UHGV virus genome: UHGV-0204897
DNA: 49,111 nt
Source of the DNA: a virus
Direction: 5' to 3' (one strand)
Positions 17,352 through 25,950 of this stretch are shown one piece after another. The first letter of the stretch is position 1, and each line of letters opens with the position of its first letter. The notes beneath the pieces are model-generated. The model was not told where the DNA came from. It saw only the letters and a program-made list of their open reading frames with translations, and made no database searches. A program made the position numbers and the translations under genes.

Positions 17352-17618
17352 TTAAAGCCCAACCTGGCGAACAGTAGGAGACTCAGAGGTCAGCCACATG
17401 TCAGAATCTTCAAACATTTCCTCCAGCATTCGGTTCAGTTTTTCACGATCACTTTTGCTGGCGTTGCTGTTTAAGGCGTTCGCCTGCATCGGCTTAACCT
17501 TCACTTCTGCGTCAGGGAAAATCTGGTGCACCCGTTTCGTCAGCTCTGCCAGAATGATCTCTCTTGCCCCTGGTAGCCCTTCAACATTTCGCTTGTCATA
17601 AACCAGTTCAACAAACAT
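17352..17618 (-). CDS. dinI: DinI-like DNA damage-inducible protein
   Basis: Colinear with E. coli DinI (MRIEVTIAK...ELSRRIQYAFPD... against MFVELVYDK...ELTKRVHQIFPD...DMWLTSE). Confidence 0.8.
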   Translation of the reverse strand: MFVELVYDKRNVEGLPGAREIILAELTKRVHQIFPDAEVKVKPMQANALNSNASKSDREKLNRMLEEMFEDSDMWLTSESPTVRQVGL

Positions 17619-17672
17619 ACCGATCCCCTCTTAAGTGAAAATTGCCTGTGCTTGATCTGTTTTCATAAAAAT

Positions 17673-17692
17673 ACTACTGTATATGCATACAG
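17673..17692. promoter_or_regulatory. LexA (SOS) box
   Basis: TACTGTATATGCATACAGTT is a perfect CTGT-N8-ACAG. It lies about 55 bp upstream of the dinI-like start and 26 bp upstream of the divergent + strand gene. Confidence 0.75.
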
Positions 17693-17717
17693 TTAATGTG
17701 CGAATGAGGGTTCGTTC

Positions 17718-17957
17718 ATGCCTCGTCAACCGAATATTCGTGCTGCTTTTATTGCGGCCATAGAGCTTAACCCAAAGGGCTACCGCTACCTGAGAACAGA
17801 CCACTTCATACAAAAGTTGCGTGGTTTTAACTGGCACTTTACCCGTGACGATGCAAACAAGTGGATAGAGCGCAACCAACCTGGTTTCGCTGATAAAACG
17901 ACAGACGGTAGCGAAAACCGTTACTGGATCTTGCGTAACATGGGGAGGGTTCACTAA
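17718..17957 (+). CDS. Hypothetical protein (79 aa), first gene of the LexA-box operon
   Basis: RBS 'gaggg' followed by ATG. The stop overlaps the start of the next gene (TAATG). Confidence 0.5.
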   Translation: MPRQPNIRAAFIAAIELNPKGYRYLRTDHFIQKLRGFNWHFTRDDANKWIERNQPGFADKTTDGSENRYWILRNMGRVH

Positions 17958-18280
17958 TGGGATTTGCATCACCTGCGACTGATTACGTCGAGCGCCAGCT
18001 CACTCCCGAAATACTGTGTCACATGGGCGCTGATAGCAGGGTGCTTGAAACTGATTCAGGATTTGCAGTCATTGAGCCAGCAGTGAAAAAAACACCCGGC
18101 GATGTGTTACTTATCCTTTGCGACGGTCATACGCAGTTTGCTAAGTTGATGGGCAAGGCGCTTATTACAGATGATGGAGAGGCAATAGAAGGAAACGCAC
18201 TGGAAGAAGTAGAGGTACTGGGCCGCGTGACGTTCTTCATCAATCGTGCGAGGGATGACGATGACTGCCCGGTGATGTAG
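17957..18280 (+). CDS. UmuD'-like protein (HumD-like, lacking the N-terminal cleavable arm)
   Basis: MGFASPATDYVERQL... aligns with UmuD starting at the Cys24/Gly25 cleavage product (GFPSPAADYVEQ). A DSG Ser and an FAKL Lys are retained in S24-like positions. 107 aa, no adjacent umuC. Confidence 0.65.
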   Translation: MGFASPATDYVERQLTPEILCHMGADSRVLETDSGFAVIEPAVKKTPGDVLLILCDGHTQFAKLMGKALITDDGEAIEGNALEEVEVLGRVTFFINRARDDDDCPVM

Positions 18281-18458
18281 GAGGGAAATTACACAGCTAT
18301 ACCATTTGGCATGGCTGTGTACTCTCTGTGTCACAGTTGTGTCATGCATGGATGAATCAGAAGGAAATACGACAGCATGTAATGACACGTAATGACACAA
18401 ACGCGTTGCGAGCGCGGAAAAACCAATGATATTACAGTGCGTTAAATAGTACTCTACG

Positions 18459-18505
18459 TTCTTCTAAGCCGTAGGTCGTAGGTTCGAATCCTACAGGGCG
18501 TGCCA
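18459..18505 (+). tRNA. Partial tRNA-Arg(UCU) (argU-like), 3' portion only. Likely the attP core.
   Basis: Anticodon loop CTTCTAA, T-arm GTAGG-TTCGAAT-CCTAC, acceptor AGGGCGT-G-CCA. The 5' acceptor strand and D-arm are absent and the anticodon stem is disrupted upstream of 18459. Confidence 0.6.
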
Positions 18506-18520
18506 TTTAAAAACAGTTAC

Positions 18521-19684
18521 CTACGCCAGTTTCAAGCCAGCCTGATTTTCTCCTTGTGTCGTATTTGTGTCATGGTTGCCAAAAATGGCATCAATTTTCC
18601 GTGCGTGTTCGCTTAAGTGGTTCGGCGCCAGGTGAGCGTATCGACGTACCATTTCGATGGACTCCCAGCCGCCCATTTCTTGCAGAACGGACAACGGAAC
18701 GCCGGACTGAATTAACCAGCTCGCCCAGGTATGCCGGAGGTCATGAAAACGGAAGTCTTCTATACCCGCTCTTTCCAGTCCAATGCGCCAGGCGACATTG
18801 TCATCCACTCGCATTTTGCGGACAGCCGGAGTGACGGTTTTATCCGGGCGCGTTGATGGCTTCGTGTGAACGAATACCCACCTGGAACTTTTCCCGATCT
18901 GATCCCTTAACACCCTGCATGCGGTATCATTCAGAGCCACGCCGATAGCCTTGCCCGCCTTCGCGTTCTCCGGATTTACCCATGCAACCTTTCTCTGCAT
19001 ATCGACCTGCTGCCACTCCAGATCAATTATGTTGGAGCGGCGCAGGCCGGTTGCCAGTGCAAATATCACCACCGGCTTTATTGACTCCGGCATGCAGGCG
19101 ATAAGCCTTTCCGCCTCATCTCTGGTCAACCAGCGGATGCGTTTGCTGATCGGCTTTTTGGTTTTTATAACCGGGGCTGTTTTAATCCACCCCCAGTCAT
19201 TAGCCGCAGCCTTAAACAGAGAACGCATAAAAGAAAGATGCTGGCTCTTTGTGGCCTGGCTAACCGGTTTATCGTTATACGGCGGCGGCTCCTTTCCCCG
19301 CCGGATTGCCGCGTCCCTTCGTGACTCCCAGATCTGAATATGCTTACGGTTGACCATCTTAGAAACAGCCTCGTTAACCTGCTCGGCTGTGATGGTCGAA
19401 ATATCCCGCCCGGAGAAATGCCGCAGGAAGTATTCTATTTTGGTCTTGTCGTCATCAAGTGACCGCTTATGCTCCTTCTCGCGGATCCACCTGATGCAAC
19501 ATTCCTCGAATGTCCTCGTCGGAAGCTCCCCAATTTTATCCACCCGCCACGCTTCAGCCTTCAGCTTGTCGTGCAGCTCCTGCGCTTGTTTCTTGTCCCC
19601 CGTACCAAGAGATCGTCTAATTCTTTTCCCTGACGGCGTAACGAAATGACAGTGCCAGACGCCGCCTCTGAGGGTGATTGACAT
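18521..19684 (-). CDS. int: Tyrosine integrase
   Basis: HDLRHTWAS and VRRYAHL catalytic motifs. RBS 'aaggag'. Adjacent to the tRNA fragment. Confidence 0.9.
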   Translation of the reverse strand: MSITLRGGVWHCHFVTPSGKRIRRSLGTGDKKQAQELHDKLKAEAWRVDKIGELPTRTFEECCIRWIREKEHKRSLDDDKTKIEYFLRHFSGRDISTITAEQVNEAVSKMVNRKHIQIWESRRDAAIRRGKEPPPYNDKPVSQATKSQHLSFMRSLFKAAANDWGWIKTAPVIKTKKPISKRIRWLTRDEAERLIACMPESIKPVVIFALATGLRRSNIIDLEWQQVDMQRKVAWVNPENAKAGKAIGVALNDTACRVLRDQIGKSSRWVFVHTKPSTRPDKTVTPAVRKMRVDDNVAWRIGLERAGIEDFRFHDLRHTWASWLIQSGVPLSVLQEMGGWESIEMVRRYAHLAPNHLSEHARKIDAIFGNHDTNTTQGENQAGLKLA

Positions 19685-19896
19685 AAAATTTCTCCTTTAT
19701 GTTCACCCGCGCTCGCGGAAACAGGATCGCGCGGGTCATGTAAATACGCAATACAGGCGACGTCGGTCGTCCGGTATTTGTTCCCGATTTTCTTCCCGGC
19801 CAGCTGCCCCGAGTCGATAAGACGGTAGACAGTTCTCGGTGAGACTTTCAGGAGTTTCGCTGCCTTTTGCGCAGTGAGTGGCTCTGCTGTAACCAT
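19561..19896 (-). CDS. xis: Excisionase / AlpA-family HTH protein
   Basis: [36 protein letters not shown] is an excisionase-family HTH. RBS 'ggaggtg'. The ORF overlaps the int start by 124 nt, so the true C-terminus is uncertain. Confidence 0.6.
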   Translation of the reverse strand: MVTAEPLTAQKAAKLLKVSPRTVYRLIDSGQLAGKKIGNKYRTTDVACIAYLHDPRDPVSASAGEHKGEILCQSPSEAASGTVISLRRQGKELDDLLVRGTRNKRRSCTTS

Positions 19897-19904
19897 CTCA
19901 CCTC

Positions 19905-20105
19905 CTATGACATTGTTTTATAAAACTGCGGGCCGTCTGGTGTGGCCGCACGTAATTCGTTTTCCGAGTGCACTGAATAATTGCCGTCATCCCATCGCAC
20001 CCAGGCTTTCGGGTGATCGCCTTCTGGCTCCAGTTGGCTATCCACCACGCCATGTATACCGCCGGTCTTCTTCTGGACTAATGCGCCCACATTAAAAGCA
20101 GCCAT
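19905..20105 (-). CDS. DUF2158/YodC-like small protein
   Basis: MAAFNVGALVQKKTGGIHGVV...AWVRWDDGNYSVHSENEL. RBS 'aaggtg'. Confidence 0.5.
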   Translation of the reverse strand: MAAFNVGALVQKKTGGIHGVVDSQLEPEGDHPKAWVRWDDGNYSVHSENELRAATPDGPQFYKTMS

Positions 20106-20204
20106 TGCACACCTTCCGGTTCGTGAAGAAATGAGATGAGAGCGCCCAGCGCCATAAGTGCGGCGATGAGCCAGGTCATTGGGTTCGAATGCATGATTAA
20201 CTCC

Positions 20205-20234
20205 CAAAAGAAAACCCGCTCAGTGGCGGGTTCT
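20205..20234 (-). terminator. Intrinsic terminator (minus strand)
   Basis: AACCCGC-cactga-GCGGGTT followed by TTCTTTTGGG on the minus strand. Confidence 0.6.
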
Positions 20235-20265
20235 ATTTAGGTGAGACAGGGATGTGGCGAACGGT

Positions 20266-20463
20266 CTATTCGGGCATTAAAGCGAGGAAATCTTTTTTAT
20301 AAAGTTCTTTCAATTCAGACATAACCTCGGCAGAGGCCATTTCGTGGGTAAGCAAAGTTCTGCCCAGACGTTTCTCAGCATCCTGCTGAAAATCAGAAAA
20401 GCTCCCGATCAATACCCCAGTGTAGCCAGTTAGGATGGTGCACTGCTGTTGTGTCAGTTTCAT
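20266..20463 (-). CDS. Hypothetical early protein
   Basis: ORF within the early-left operon. Confidence 0.4.
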   Translation of the reverse strand: MKLTQQQCTILTGYTGVLIGSFSDFQQDAEKRLGRTLLTHEMASAEVMSELKELYKKDFLALMPE

Positions 20464-20547
20464 CTAATTCCTCCTTTATGATGACGGTATTCTATCGCAC
20501 TAAATTTTCGCACCCAATAGCCAGCTCGTAACTGGCTATCAGTTGCG

Positions 20548-20733
20548 TCATAGTTGACTGCGGGCGTTCTTCAGATAATCAGGGTCAGGCACGATCTCAT
20601 CACATACTTCTGGCTCTTCGAGAGCATCGCGAAATGCAGCTGCGACAATCTTCCCGCCCATAAACTCAAGCCCCGCACTGACTGGCGGCTCCTTGCCGTC
20701 TTCATACTCAAATACGAAAGTCATCTTTCCCAT
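20548..20733 (-). CDS. Hypothetical early protein
   Basis: ORF within the early-left operon. Confidence 0.4.
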   Translation of the reverse strand: MGKMTFVFEYEDGKEPPVSAGLEFMGGKIVAAAFRDALEEPEVCDEIVPDPDYLKNARSQL

Positions 20734-20742
20734 AATCTCTCC

Positions 20743-20982
20743 TCAATGCATCTGCATGGCTCTCAGCCGTTTAATGTGCTCGCTCGTTTCCAGTTCGGCG
20801 CGGATCTGCTCCGCCTCCCGATGGTCGAGCGGCTCGAAATCGTTAATAAATCTGTCGATTGACGCGGTGTTGATCCGCCCCTGTCGCCAGTAGCGGACAA
20901 CTTCTGATGTGGTGGAATGAATAATTACGGGCCAGCCGTGCTGGTCAGCGAATATCTGGCCGCGCTGGATTAGCTTGAACAT
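20743..20982 (-). CDS. Hypothetical early protein
   Basis: ORF within the early-left operon. Confidence 0.4.
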   Translation of the reverse strand: MFKLIQRGQIFADQHGWPVIIHSTTSEVVRYWRQGRINTASIDRFINDFEPLDHREAEQIRAELETSEHIKRLRAMQMH

Positions 20983-21310
20983 TGGCTGACTCCTGCAAAA
21001 GGAGGTAGACGATTGCCACGGCGCGAAGTGGGTTACGGTGAGTGGCGCTGATGCCAGATTCGTGCGATGCCTGCCAGACGGTCTTACCTGATGGGGTGAG
21101 GCCGATCCGGTGCTTCTTCATTGCCGGGAATAGCTCTTCGGCACGACGCAGCGGGAAATAACCAGTGTTCTGCACCGTGTTAAACCAATTCCACGACAAA
21201 TTGGCGCCGGTACTTTCATGCGGGTGAATGGTGGCGCTGTATTTTGGCTTAAGGAAATAGGCCAGCCTGACGCTGATTTCCCCATCACTCAGCTTGCTGT
21301 AATCCATCAC
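20945..21310 (-). CDS. Hypothetical early protein
   Basis: ORF whose start overlaps the downstream gene. Confidence 0.4.
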   Translation of the reverse strand: MMDYSKLSDGEISVRLAYFLKPKYSATIHPHESTGANLSWNWFNTVQNTGYFPLRRAEELFPAMKKHRIGLTPSGKTVWQASHESGISATHRNPLRAVAIVYLLLQESANVQANPARPDIR

Positions 21311-21507
21311 TCCTCCTCCATATACAGAGACCAGCCACTTATGGCGTCAACCCATCGCTTCGTTTTGCGTCCCAGGCCATGCGTCCCCATGCGAAGGATC
21401 GCCTCTTTCCCAGCAATATCGACAACTTTGTAGAGGAAACCTCGCGGCGACTGCCATACTTCGCCAACCTGGAAGCACTCACCCTGAATGACTTTTTCTG
21501 GCATCAC
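21307..21507 (-). CDS. Hypothetical early protein
   Basis: ORF with an ATGA-type overlap to its neighbours. Confidence 0.4.
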   Translation of the reverse strand: MMPEKVIQGECFQVGEVWQSPRGFLYKVVDIAGKEAILRMGTHGLGRKTKRWVDAISGWSLYMEEE

Positions 21508-21728
21508 ATCCCCCTCTGCTTATTCCTCAATTCGATAACACCCTGGCAACTGGCGCACGTCTTGCAACCGGGAACGGCAGCGCGCCGCGGCTCGGGAATT
21601 GGTTCGTCGCATTCTTCACAACGCTCAGCCGATACGGCATTGCGGTCGATGCGGTGAGCGGAAAGGGCAGCGTTACGCTGAAGCTCTTCAATCTCTGCTG
21701 CGGTATCGATGATATCGGCCATGGTCAA
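21504..21728 (-). CDS. TraR/DksA-family C4 zinc-finger protein
   Basis: CEECDEPIPEPRRAAVPGCKTCASCQ carries the CxxC-N17-CxxC motif. 74 aa. Confidence 0.7.
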   Translation of the reverse strand: MTMADIIDTAAEIEELQRNAALSAHRIDRNAVSAERCEECDEPIPEPRRAAVPGCKTCASCQGVIELRNKQRGM

Positions 21729-21770
21729 TGCTCCCGGAACTGTCGGTTAATTCGGTTGAAGGTGAATGCC

Positions 21771-21800
21771 AGCAATAAAAAAGGCCGCGATAGCGACCTG
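21771..21800 (-). terminator. Intrinsic terminator (minus strand). The same module recurs at 26640-26676.
   Basis: Minus strand AGGTCGC-tatc-GCGGCC followed by TTTTTTATT. Confidence 0.55.
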
Positions 21801-21813
21801 GTGATTAGTGGTT

Positions 21814-22005
21814 TCATGCTGCACCGCCTTCATTCTTCTCGGCTTCGACTGCCATCTGCTCTAGCCGTCGCGATAACTCGGCGGCCAGCGCCTGGAATTC
21901 TTCTTCGGTCGCCACCGGGATCGGCACAAAGCGAATCCCGATGTGCGCCAGTTGGTTGGCAATTTCGAGGCTTTTCCTCAAATCAACGGGTGAGGCTCGG
22001 TTCAT
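21814..22005 (-). CDS. Hypothetical early protein
   Basis: Start MNRASPVDLRK taken from inside the longer ORF. Confidence 0.35.
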   Translation of the reverse strand: MNRASPVDLRKSLEIANQLAHIGIRFVPIPVATEEEFQALAAELSRRLEQMAVEAEKNEGGAA

Positions 22006-22319
22006 GCTGCACCGCCAACGTTTCGCAGCCAGATGCAGACGGCGCCATCTTCCGTTTCGTGAATTGAACCGACAAACCAACCATCACCGGCTGGGGGTTC
22101 GGGCTGCCACGCTGAGATGTCATAACCTTCCACATCGGGATCGACATCATCCTCATCGCGGTACTCCACTTTCCACTCAAGGCCGTTCTTATCCAACCAG
22201 GCGTTAAATTCATCAGGTGAGATAGACTCGCGCCCATCGCAAAATTCATCGTAAAGCGGGTGAGTCCAGTAGCCGTATTGGTCGCGTTCGACGGGTAGGG
22301 GTTTAAATTCTGTTGTCAT
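22002..22319 (-). CDS. Hypothetical acidic early protein
   Basis: ORF only. Confidence 0.4.
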   Translation of the reverse strand: MTTEFKPLPVERDQYGYWTHPLYDEFCDGRESISPDEFNAWLDKNGLEWKVEYRDEDDVDPDVEGYDISAWQPEPPAGDGWFVGSIHETEDGAVCIWLRNVGGAA

Positions 22320-22534
22320 TGTTCGGCTCCAAACCGCCCGTTAAGGCGGCCAGTTTTGACGACGAACTCCAGGAGGCTAACTCCCAGAGCTTCAATTTTC
22401 TTGTGATGCTTGTTGATGATGGGAGGCACTGTTTCGTTCCAGTTAGGCTTTGGCTTCTTGCGCATGGCCTGCTGGATTTCCTCGGTGCAGCGGCGGCATG
22501 CGGTGCGGATGGCGTTTTCATTTGCTGGCGTCAT
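22316..22534 (-). CDS. Hypothetical early protein
   Basis: ORF only. Confidence 0.4.
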   Translation of the reverse strand: MTPANENAIRTACRRCTEEIQQAMRKKPKPNWNETVPPIINKHHKKIEALGVSLLEFVVKTGRLNGRFGAEQ

Positions 22535-23022
22535 GCGGCCTCCAGGCGGGCGATAAGTTTCGCCTTTCTTTTTCTGCTATCAGCATGCCTCTTTTTCATT
22601 CGCTCAGAGGTGCGGCTTCTGTTCTTTTCTGAGATGTAATTCAATCCCATGCGGTGGGCGTGTTTGTTGTTGTCCGCCATGGAGCACCACTCAAGGTTTT
22701 CAACTCTGTTATCCTTTTTGTTGCCGTTGATATGGTTTGCTACAAATCCATCAGGCGGCTCGCAGATAAAAGTTGAGGCCACAATTCGATGTACAAGGTA
22801 ATAAGTTTTGACGCCATTTTTGCATAGGCCTATCGAGCTATATCCATTCGAATGGTCGTACAGCTTTAATTGCTTGCCGAGGCGTACCCGGCCAAATCTA
22901 TCAAGCCTGTCAACTGAGCGAATTTCCCCGGATGAGCAAGCTTCGTAAAGACCCTCATAGCCATGAATTGGCTTCCAAATACGCTGATCCGCTGGCGTGT
23001 TGCTGCCGGTGTAATCGGTCAT
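22531..23022 (-). CDS. HNH homing endonuclease (NUMOD4 plus HNH_3)
   Basis: WKPIHGYEGLYEACSSGEIRS is a NUMOD4 motif. VHRIVASTF...ANHINGNKKDNRVENLEW is an HNH_3 motif. Confidence 0.75.
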   Translation of the reverse strand: MTDYTGSNTPADQRIWKPIHGYEGLYEACSSGEIRSVDRLDRFGRVRLGKQLKLYDHSNGYSSIGLCKNGVKTYYLVHRIVASTFICEPPDGFVANHINGNKKDNRVENLEWCSMADNNKHAHRMGLNYISEKNRSRTSERMKKRHADSRKRKAKLIARLEAA

Positions 23023-23246
23023 GATGCACCGCCGGGTTTTGGTTTCCATGTGAATTCCGGCGCGATAATCACATCCATGCAGGTGCCGCGTTCGTTATGC
23101 TGCTCAAGCATTTCTAAAATGTCTGAGTCGGTCTGGGTATCTCCGTAGCTCCCTACAATGCAGAGCAATTCGACAGGAGCACCGAGGTTTTGCATGGCGA
23201 TAGCAAGCTGCTTGGCTAGTGCCATCTTCATCGCTTCGTCTGTCAT
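23019..23246 (-). CDS. Hypothetical early protein
   Basis: ORF only. Confidence 0.4.
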   Translation of the reverse strand: MTDEAMKMALAKQLAIAMQNLGAPVELLCIVGSYGDTQTDSDILEMLEQHNERGTCMDVIIAPEFTWKPKPGGAS

Positions 23247-23391
23247 GCTGCCTCCTGCCTTTCCCGATATTCCTCAGCTAGCCGCTGCGCCTTTAATGGA
23301 TTTCTGACCACTTCACCCCATGGCATTAGCCAGCCGTTACCAATGAAGGGAAGGCTCAGATTACCAACCCTGATGTCGTCGTGAGCGTGAG

Positions 23392-23820
23392 TCATAGGAT
23401 GGACTCCATTTCGTCGATGTAGAGGCCCTGAGCAATCAGGCGGCGACGGCGGGCGGCACGTTCGATGCATTCCTGCCGCCTACCTTCCTGCGACTGCTCT
23501 ATGGCGCGCCGGGTGAACAGCCGCGATTTACCCTGCGGTGTTACGACCTTTGGCTTTGTGACCAGGTCGAAAGTCCGGTCGCAGATGCCGTCCTCGTTGA
23601 GCCATTTCTCCGACTCAACTATCTGCGCTATCTGCCCGGTGCCGCGGGTGATGCCGTTCGCGACCCGGTTAAACTCGATGAGCGTTACGCCAAACTTCTC
23701 AGCGATTTCACTACCGGTGACCGGGCGGCCGCGCGTCTGAATCATCCATATAACGCGCTCACGGAGGCCGGAGAATTGCCCGGTTCGCCCGGGCCTGCGG
23801 TAGAAGGGTGTACGTTTCAT
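23392..23820 (-). CDS. Hypothetical protein, possibly DNA-binding
   Basis: Basic 142 aa ORF. Confidence 0.35.
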   Translation of the reverse strand: MKRTPFYRRPGRTGQFSGLRERVIWMIQTRGRPVTGSEIAEKFGVTLIEFNRVANGITRGTGQIAQIVESEKWLNEDGICDRTFDLVTKPKVVTPQGKSRLFTRRAIEQSQEGRRQECIERAARRRRLIAQGLYIDEMESIL

Positions 23821-23828
23821 GACGGCAC

Positions 23829-24311
23829 CTACTTAATAATGAGTGAAGGTTTGCCGAGTTTTATTTGCGCACCAGGTACATCCACGCCAGCTTCGATTTG
23901 GTGTTTGATAGCCAATTTGTCTGGCTTGATGCTCGTCTCGTATTCGACGAATTCAGGAGGAAGCGCGCTGGCATCCGTAATTTCAACGGACTTAGACGGC
24001 GCGCGAACCGTTACCTGATGAATGCCTGCCTTCAGTGATTTCTTTCCCGCTGTTTCGAGGGAGGTAGCCACATAATCTTTCATGCTCGACACTCGGTTTT
24101 CTGCGGCTTTTGCGCGCTCTGCAAGACGCTTGCTTTCTTCTTTCAGCGCCTCGGCATAAGCAGATTCGTTTTTGCAAACAGCAAGAATCTGCTCGACCTT
24201 TGCTTCCAGTTCCCACTCAATGCCATCAAGGGTGTCGGCTATCATTTCAGGCTCCATGCCTGAATCAGTCAGCTTTGCGAAATCATTGGCGATCTGGTAA
24301 AGAGCTGTCAT
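23829..24311 (-). CDS. Siphovirus Gp157-family protein
   Basis: MTALYQIANDFAKL... Typical partner immediately next to RecT. Confidence 0.55.
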   Translation of the reverse strand: MTALYQIANDFAKLTDSGMEPEMIADTLDGIEWELEAKVEQILAVCKNESAYAEALKEESKRLAERAKAAENRVSSMKDYVATSLETAGKKSLKAGIHQVTVRAPSKSVEITDASALPPEFVEYETSIKPDKLAIKHQIEAGVDVPGAQIKLGKPSLIIK

Positions 24312-25228
24312 TGCGTAACCTCTTCGAATTTTGCTTTGCACTTGGCGTAGACGGCCTGCACCTCTTGTTGAAGCTGCATTCCGACCGTCATTTTGTAAGC
24401 TGCCTGGAAGTGGGTTTTGAGAGCATGCATATTTTTCGCCTGCTTCATGTCCTCACATAGTGACTGGATGGTGTTGGTAAGTTCCTGTTTTGCGTTTTCT
24501 TCTGACTGGATGATTTCGCTTTCTGGGGTGTATGGCATAACTGGCTCGGTGTATATGCCTTCGCTTTCGTTGAGCACATCGACGGCATTATCCAGACGGT
24601 CAGCACGCGGCCAGTATTTATAGGCTCTTTTGACGATCGTCTTCCTTGCCATCTCAGACCAGAAGTTGACCCATGGGCCTTTTGGTGATGTTCCCGCTTT
24701 GCTCACTTTCCTGATTTCTTCTATCTCAGCGAGACTCATCTCTTCAGTCAGATAGTCGCCATCAGCGGTTTTAACTGTGCAGTAGCCACCGATAACGGCG
24801 CCGCGAGCGTCAGGCGTGGCAAACGGGTTGTATTTATGAGCTGGCGCCTTATCGAGACCTAGTGTCTCGTAGTCGTCGCTTGCATGAACTAGCTTGCACT
24901 GACCCCACTTGATGACGCCAACTGACTGGGCGATGTGAAGAAGGCCCATATAGCTGATATCGAGGCAGACCATACCGTCGCGCGGAACCAGATAAGCCAG
25001 TTTGCTTGCAGGGTTCAGGCTAATGCCGACAGCTGCAACGTTGATAATCGCGTTCTGGGCGCTGGTGGGGTTGGCAATCGCCGTTTCTGCCAATTTTTGA
25101 TTACGCTGGAATAACTGGATAGCGAACTGGCATTCCTTTGCCCACGTCAGAGACTGGTCGGTAAGGGCACCGACAAACAGCGGCTCCTGCTCCTTAACGA
25201 ACTGAATCAGATCGAAGCTCATAATCAC
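24308..25228 (-). CDS. recT: RecT-family single-strand annealing recombinase
   Basis: 306 aa with RecT-family motifs (...GYCTVKTADGDY...KTIVKRAYKYWP...). Confidence 0.85.
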   Translation of the reverse strand: MIMSFDLIQFVKEQEPLFVGALTDQSLTWAKECQFAIQLFQRNQKLAETAIANPTSAQNAIINVAAVGISLNPASKLAYLVPRDGMVCLDISYMGLLHIAQSVGVIKWGQCKLVHASDDYETLGLDKAPAHKYNPFATPDARGAVIGGYCTVKTADGDYLTEEMSLAEIEEIRKVSKAGTSPKGPWVNFWSEMARKTIVKRAYKYWPRADRLDNAVDVLNESEGIYTEPVMPYTPESEIIQSEENAKQELTNTIQSLCEDMKQAKNMHALKTHFQAAYKMTVGMQLQQEVQAVYAKCKAKFEEVTQ

Positions 25229-25231
25229 TCC

Positions 25232-25510
25232 TTAAAACGGGCAGGGCGCTTGGCGCTGCCATTCTTCTTCGGCGCGGGCATGCGCGCAGGCCGATATGTA
25301 TTTGTTGTATGCCTCTTCGGCCCTTTCTCCGATAAGCGCAAACTGGGCTTCCTGGGGCAGGAACAAGCTGCTCATTTCCAGAGGTTTCGCAGGGAACATG
25401 GCGATCAGTTCTTTAGCCCGGTCGTCGATCCACTTCTCTTTCTCGTCGTCGAGTTGCTGTTCAACCCAGCGCCGATCTTCGATTCGGTCGTAAGTGAGGT
25501 ATGTGTTCAT
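25232..25510 (-). CDS. Hypothetical early protein
   Basis: ORF only. Confidence 0.4.
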   Translation of the reverse strand: MNTYLTYDRIEDRRWVEQQLDDEKEKWIDDRAKELIAMFPAKPLEMSSLFLPQEAQFALIGERAEEAYNKYISACAHARAEEEWQRQAPCPF

Positions 25511-25588
25511 GACTGAACTCCTGAAATTTGGATGTGCAGATCCCGCCCGCAGAAAGCCAGGCCGATCGGTTGAACAGGGTGGTTGGTA

Positions 25589-25795
25589 TCAGTGAACCAT
25601 TTGCTCGCCGCGCTCATTCAGCAGCACAACGACGGAATCACTTTTGATGATGGTTTTTTCGAAGATGTTGAAGGCGTACAGGCCTTTCTCAACGTTCGCA
25701 GAGGCGCGATAAGTTTTGCCGTGGTGTTGCAGCATTGTGCCCGGTAAAACCTCGCTACGTGGCACTGATGCGGTGCCGTAGTGCATTCCAATCAT
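25589..25795 (-). CDS. Hypothetical early protein
   Basis: Its start overlaps the stop of a small upstream ORF (ATGA). Confidence 0.4.
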   Translation of the reverse strand: MIGMHYGTASVPRSEVLPGTMLQHHGKTYRASANVEKGLYAFNIFEKTIIKSDSVVVLLNERGEQMVH

Positions 25796-25950
25796 ACCTT
25801 CACCTCTACCTGTACCAGGAGGCCAGCCATATGCATCTGCCAGCGGTTAAGCGTCAGCTTTTCACGCGGTGCCGATACGGACGTCAGCTGCCACTCGTTA
25901 TCGTTGAGCTTTTTGGCGGTGTACTTCTTTCCGTTATGGGTGACTGTCAT
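25796..25950 (-). CDS. Small hypothetical protein (51 aa)
   Basis: RBS 'gggagg'. ATGA overlaps with both neighbouring genes. Below the ORF-track size cut-off. Confidence 0.35.

Noticed and set aside
17631-17972. 113-aa minus-strand ORF spanning the LexA box region
   Set aside because: It overlaps the divergent promoter region and the + strand 79-aa gene, and has no RBS, so it is a shadow ORF.
18430-18505. A complete tRNA gene
   Set aside because: The 5' acceptor strand complementary to AGGGCGT and the D-arm are absent, and the anticodon stem is broken at its 5' side. Only a 3' fragment is present, so I called it an attP core.
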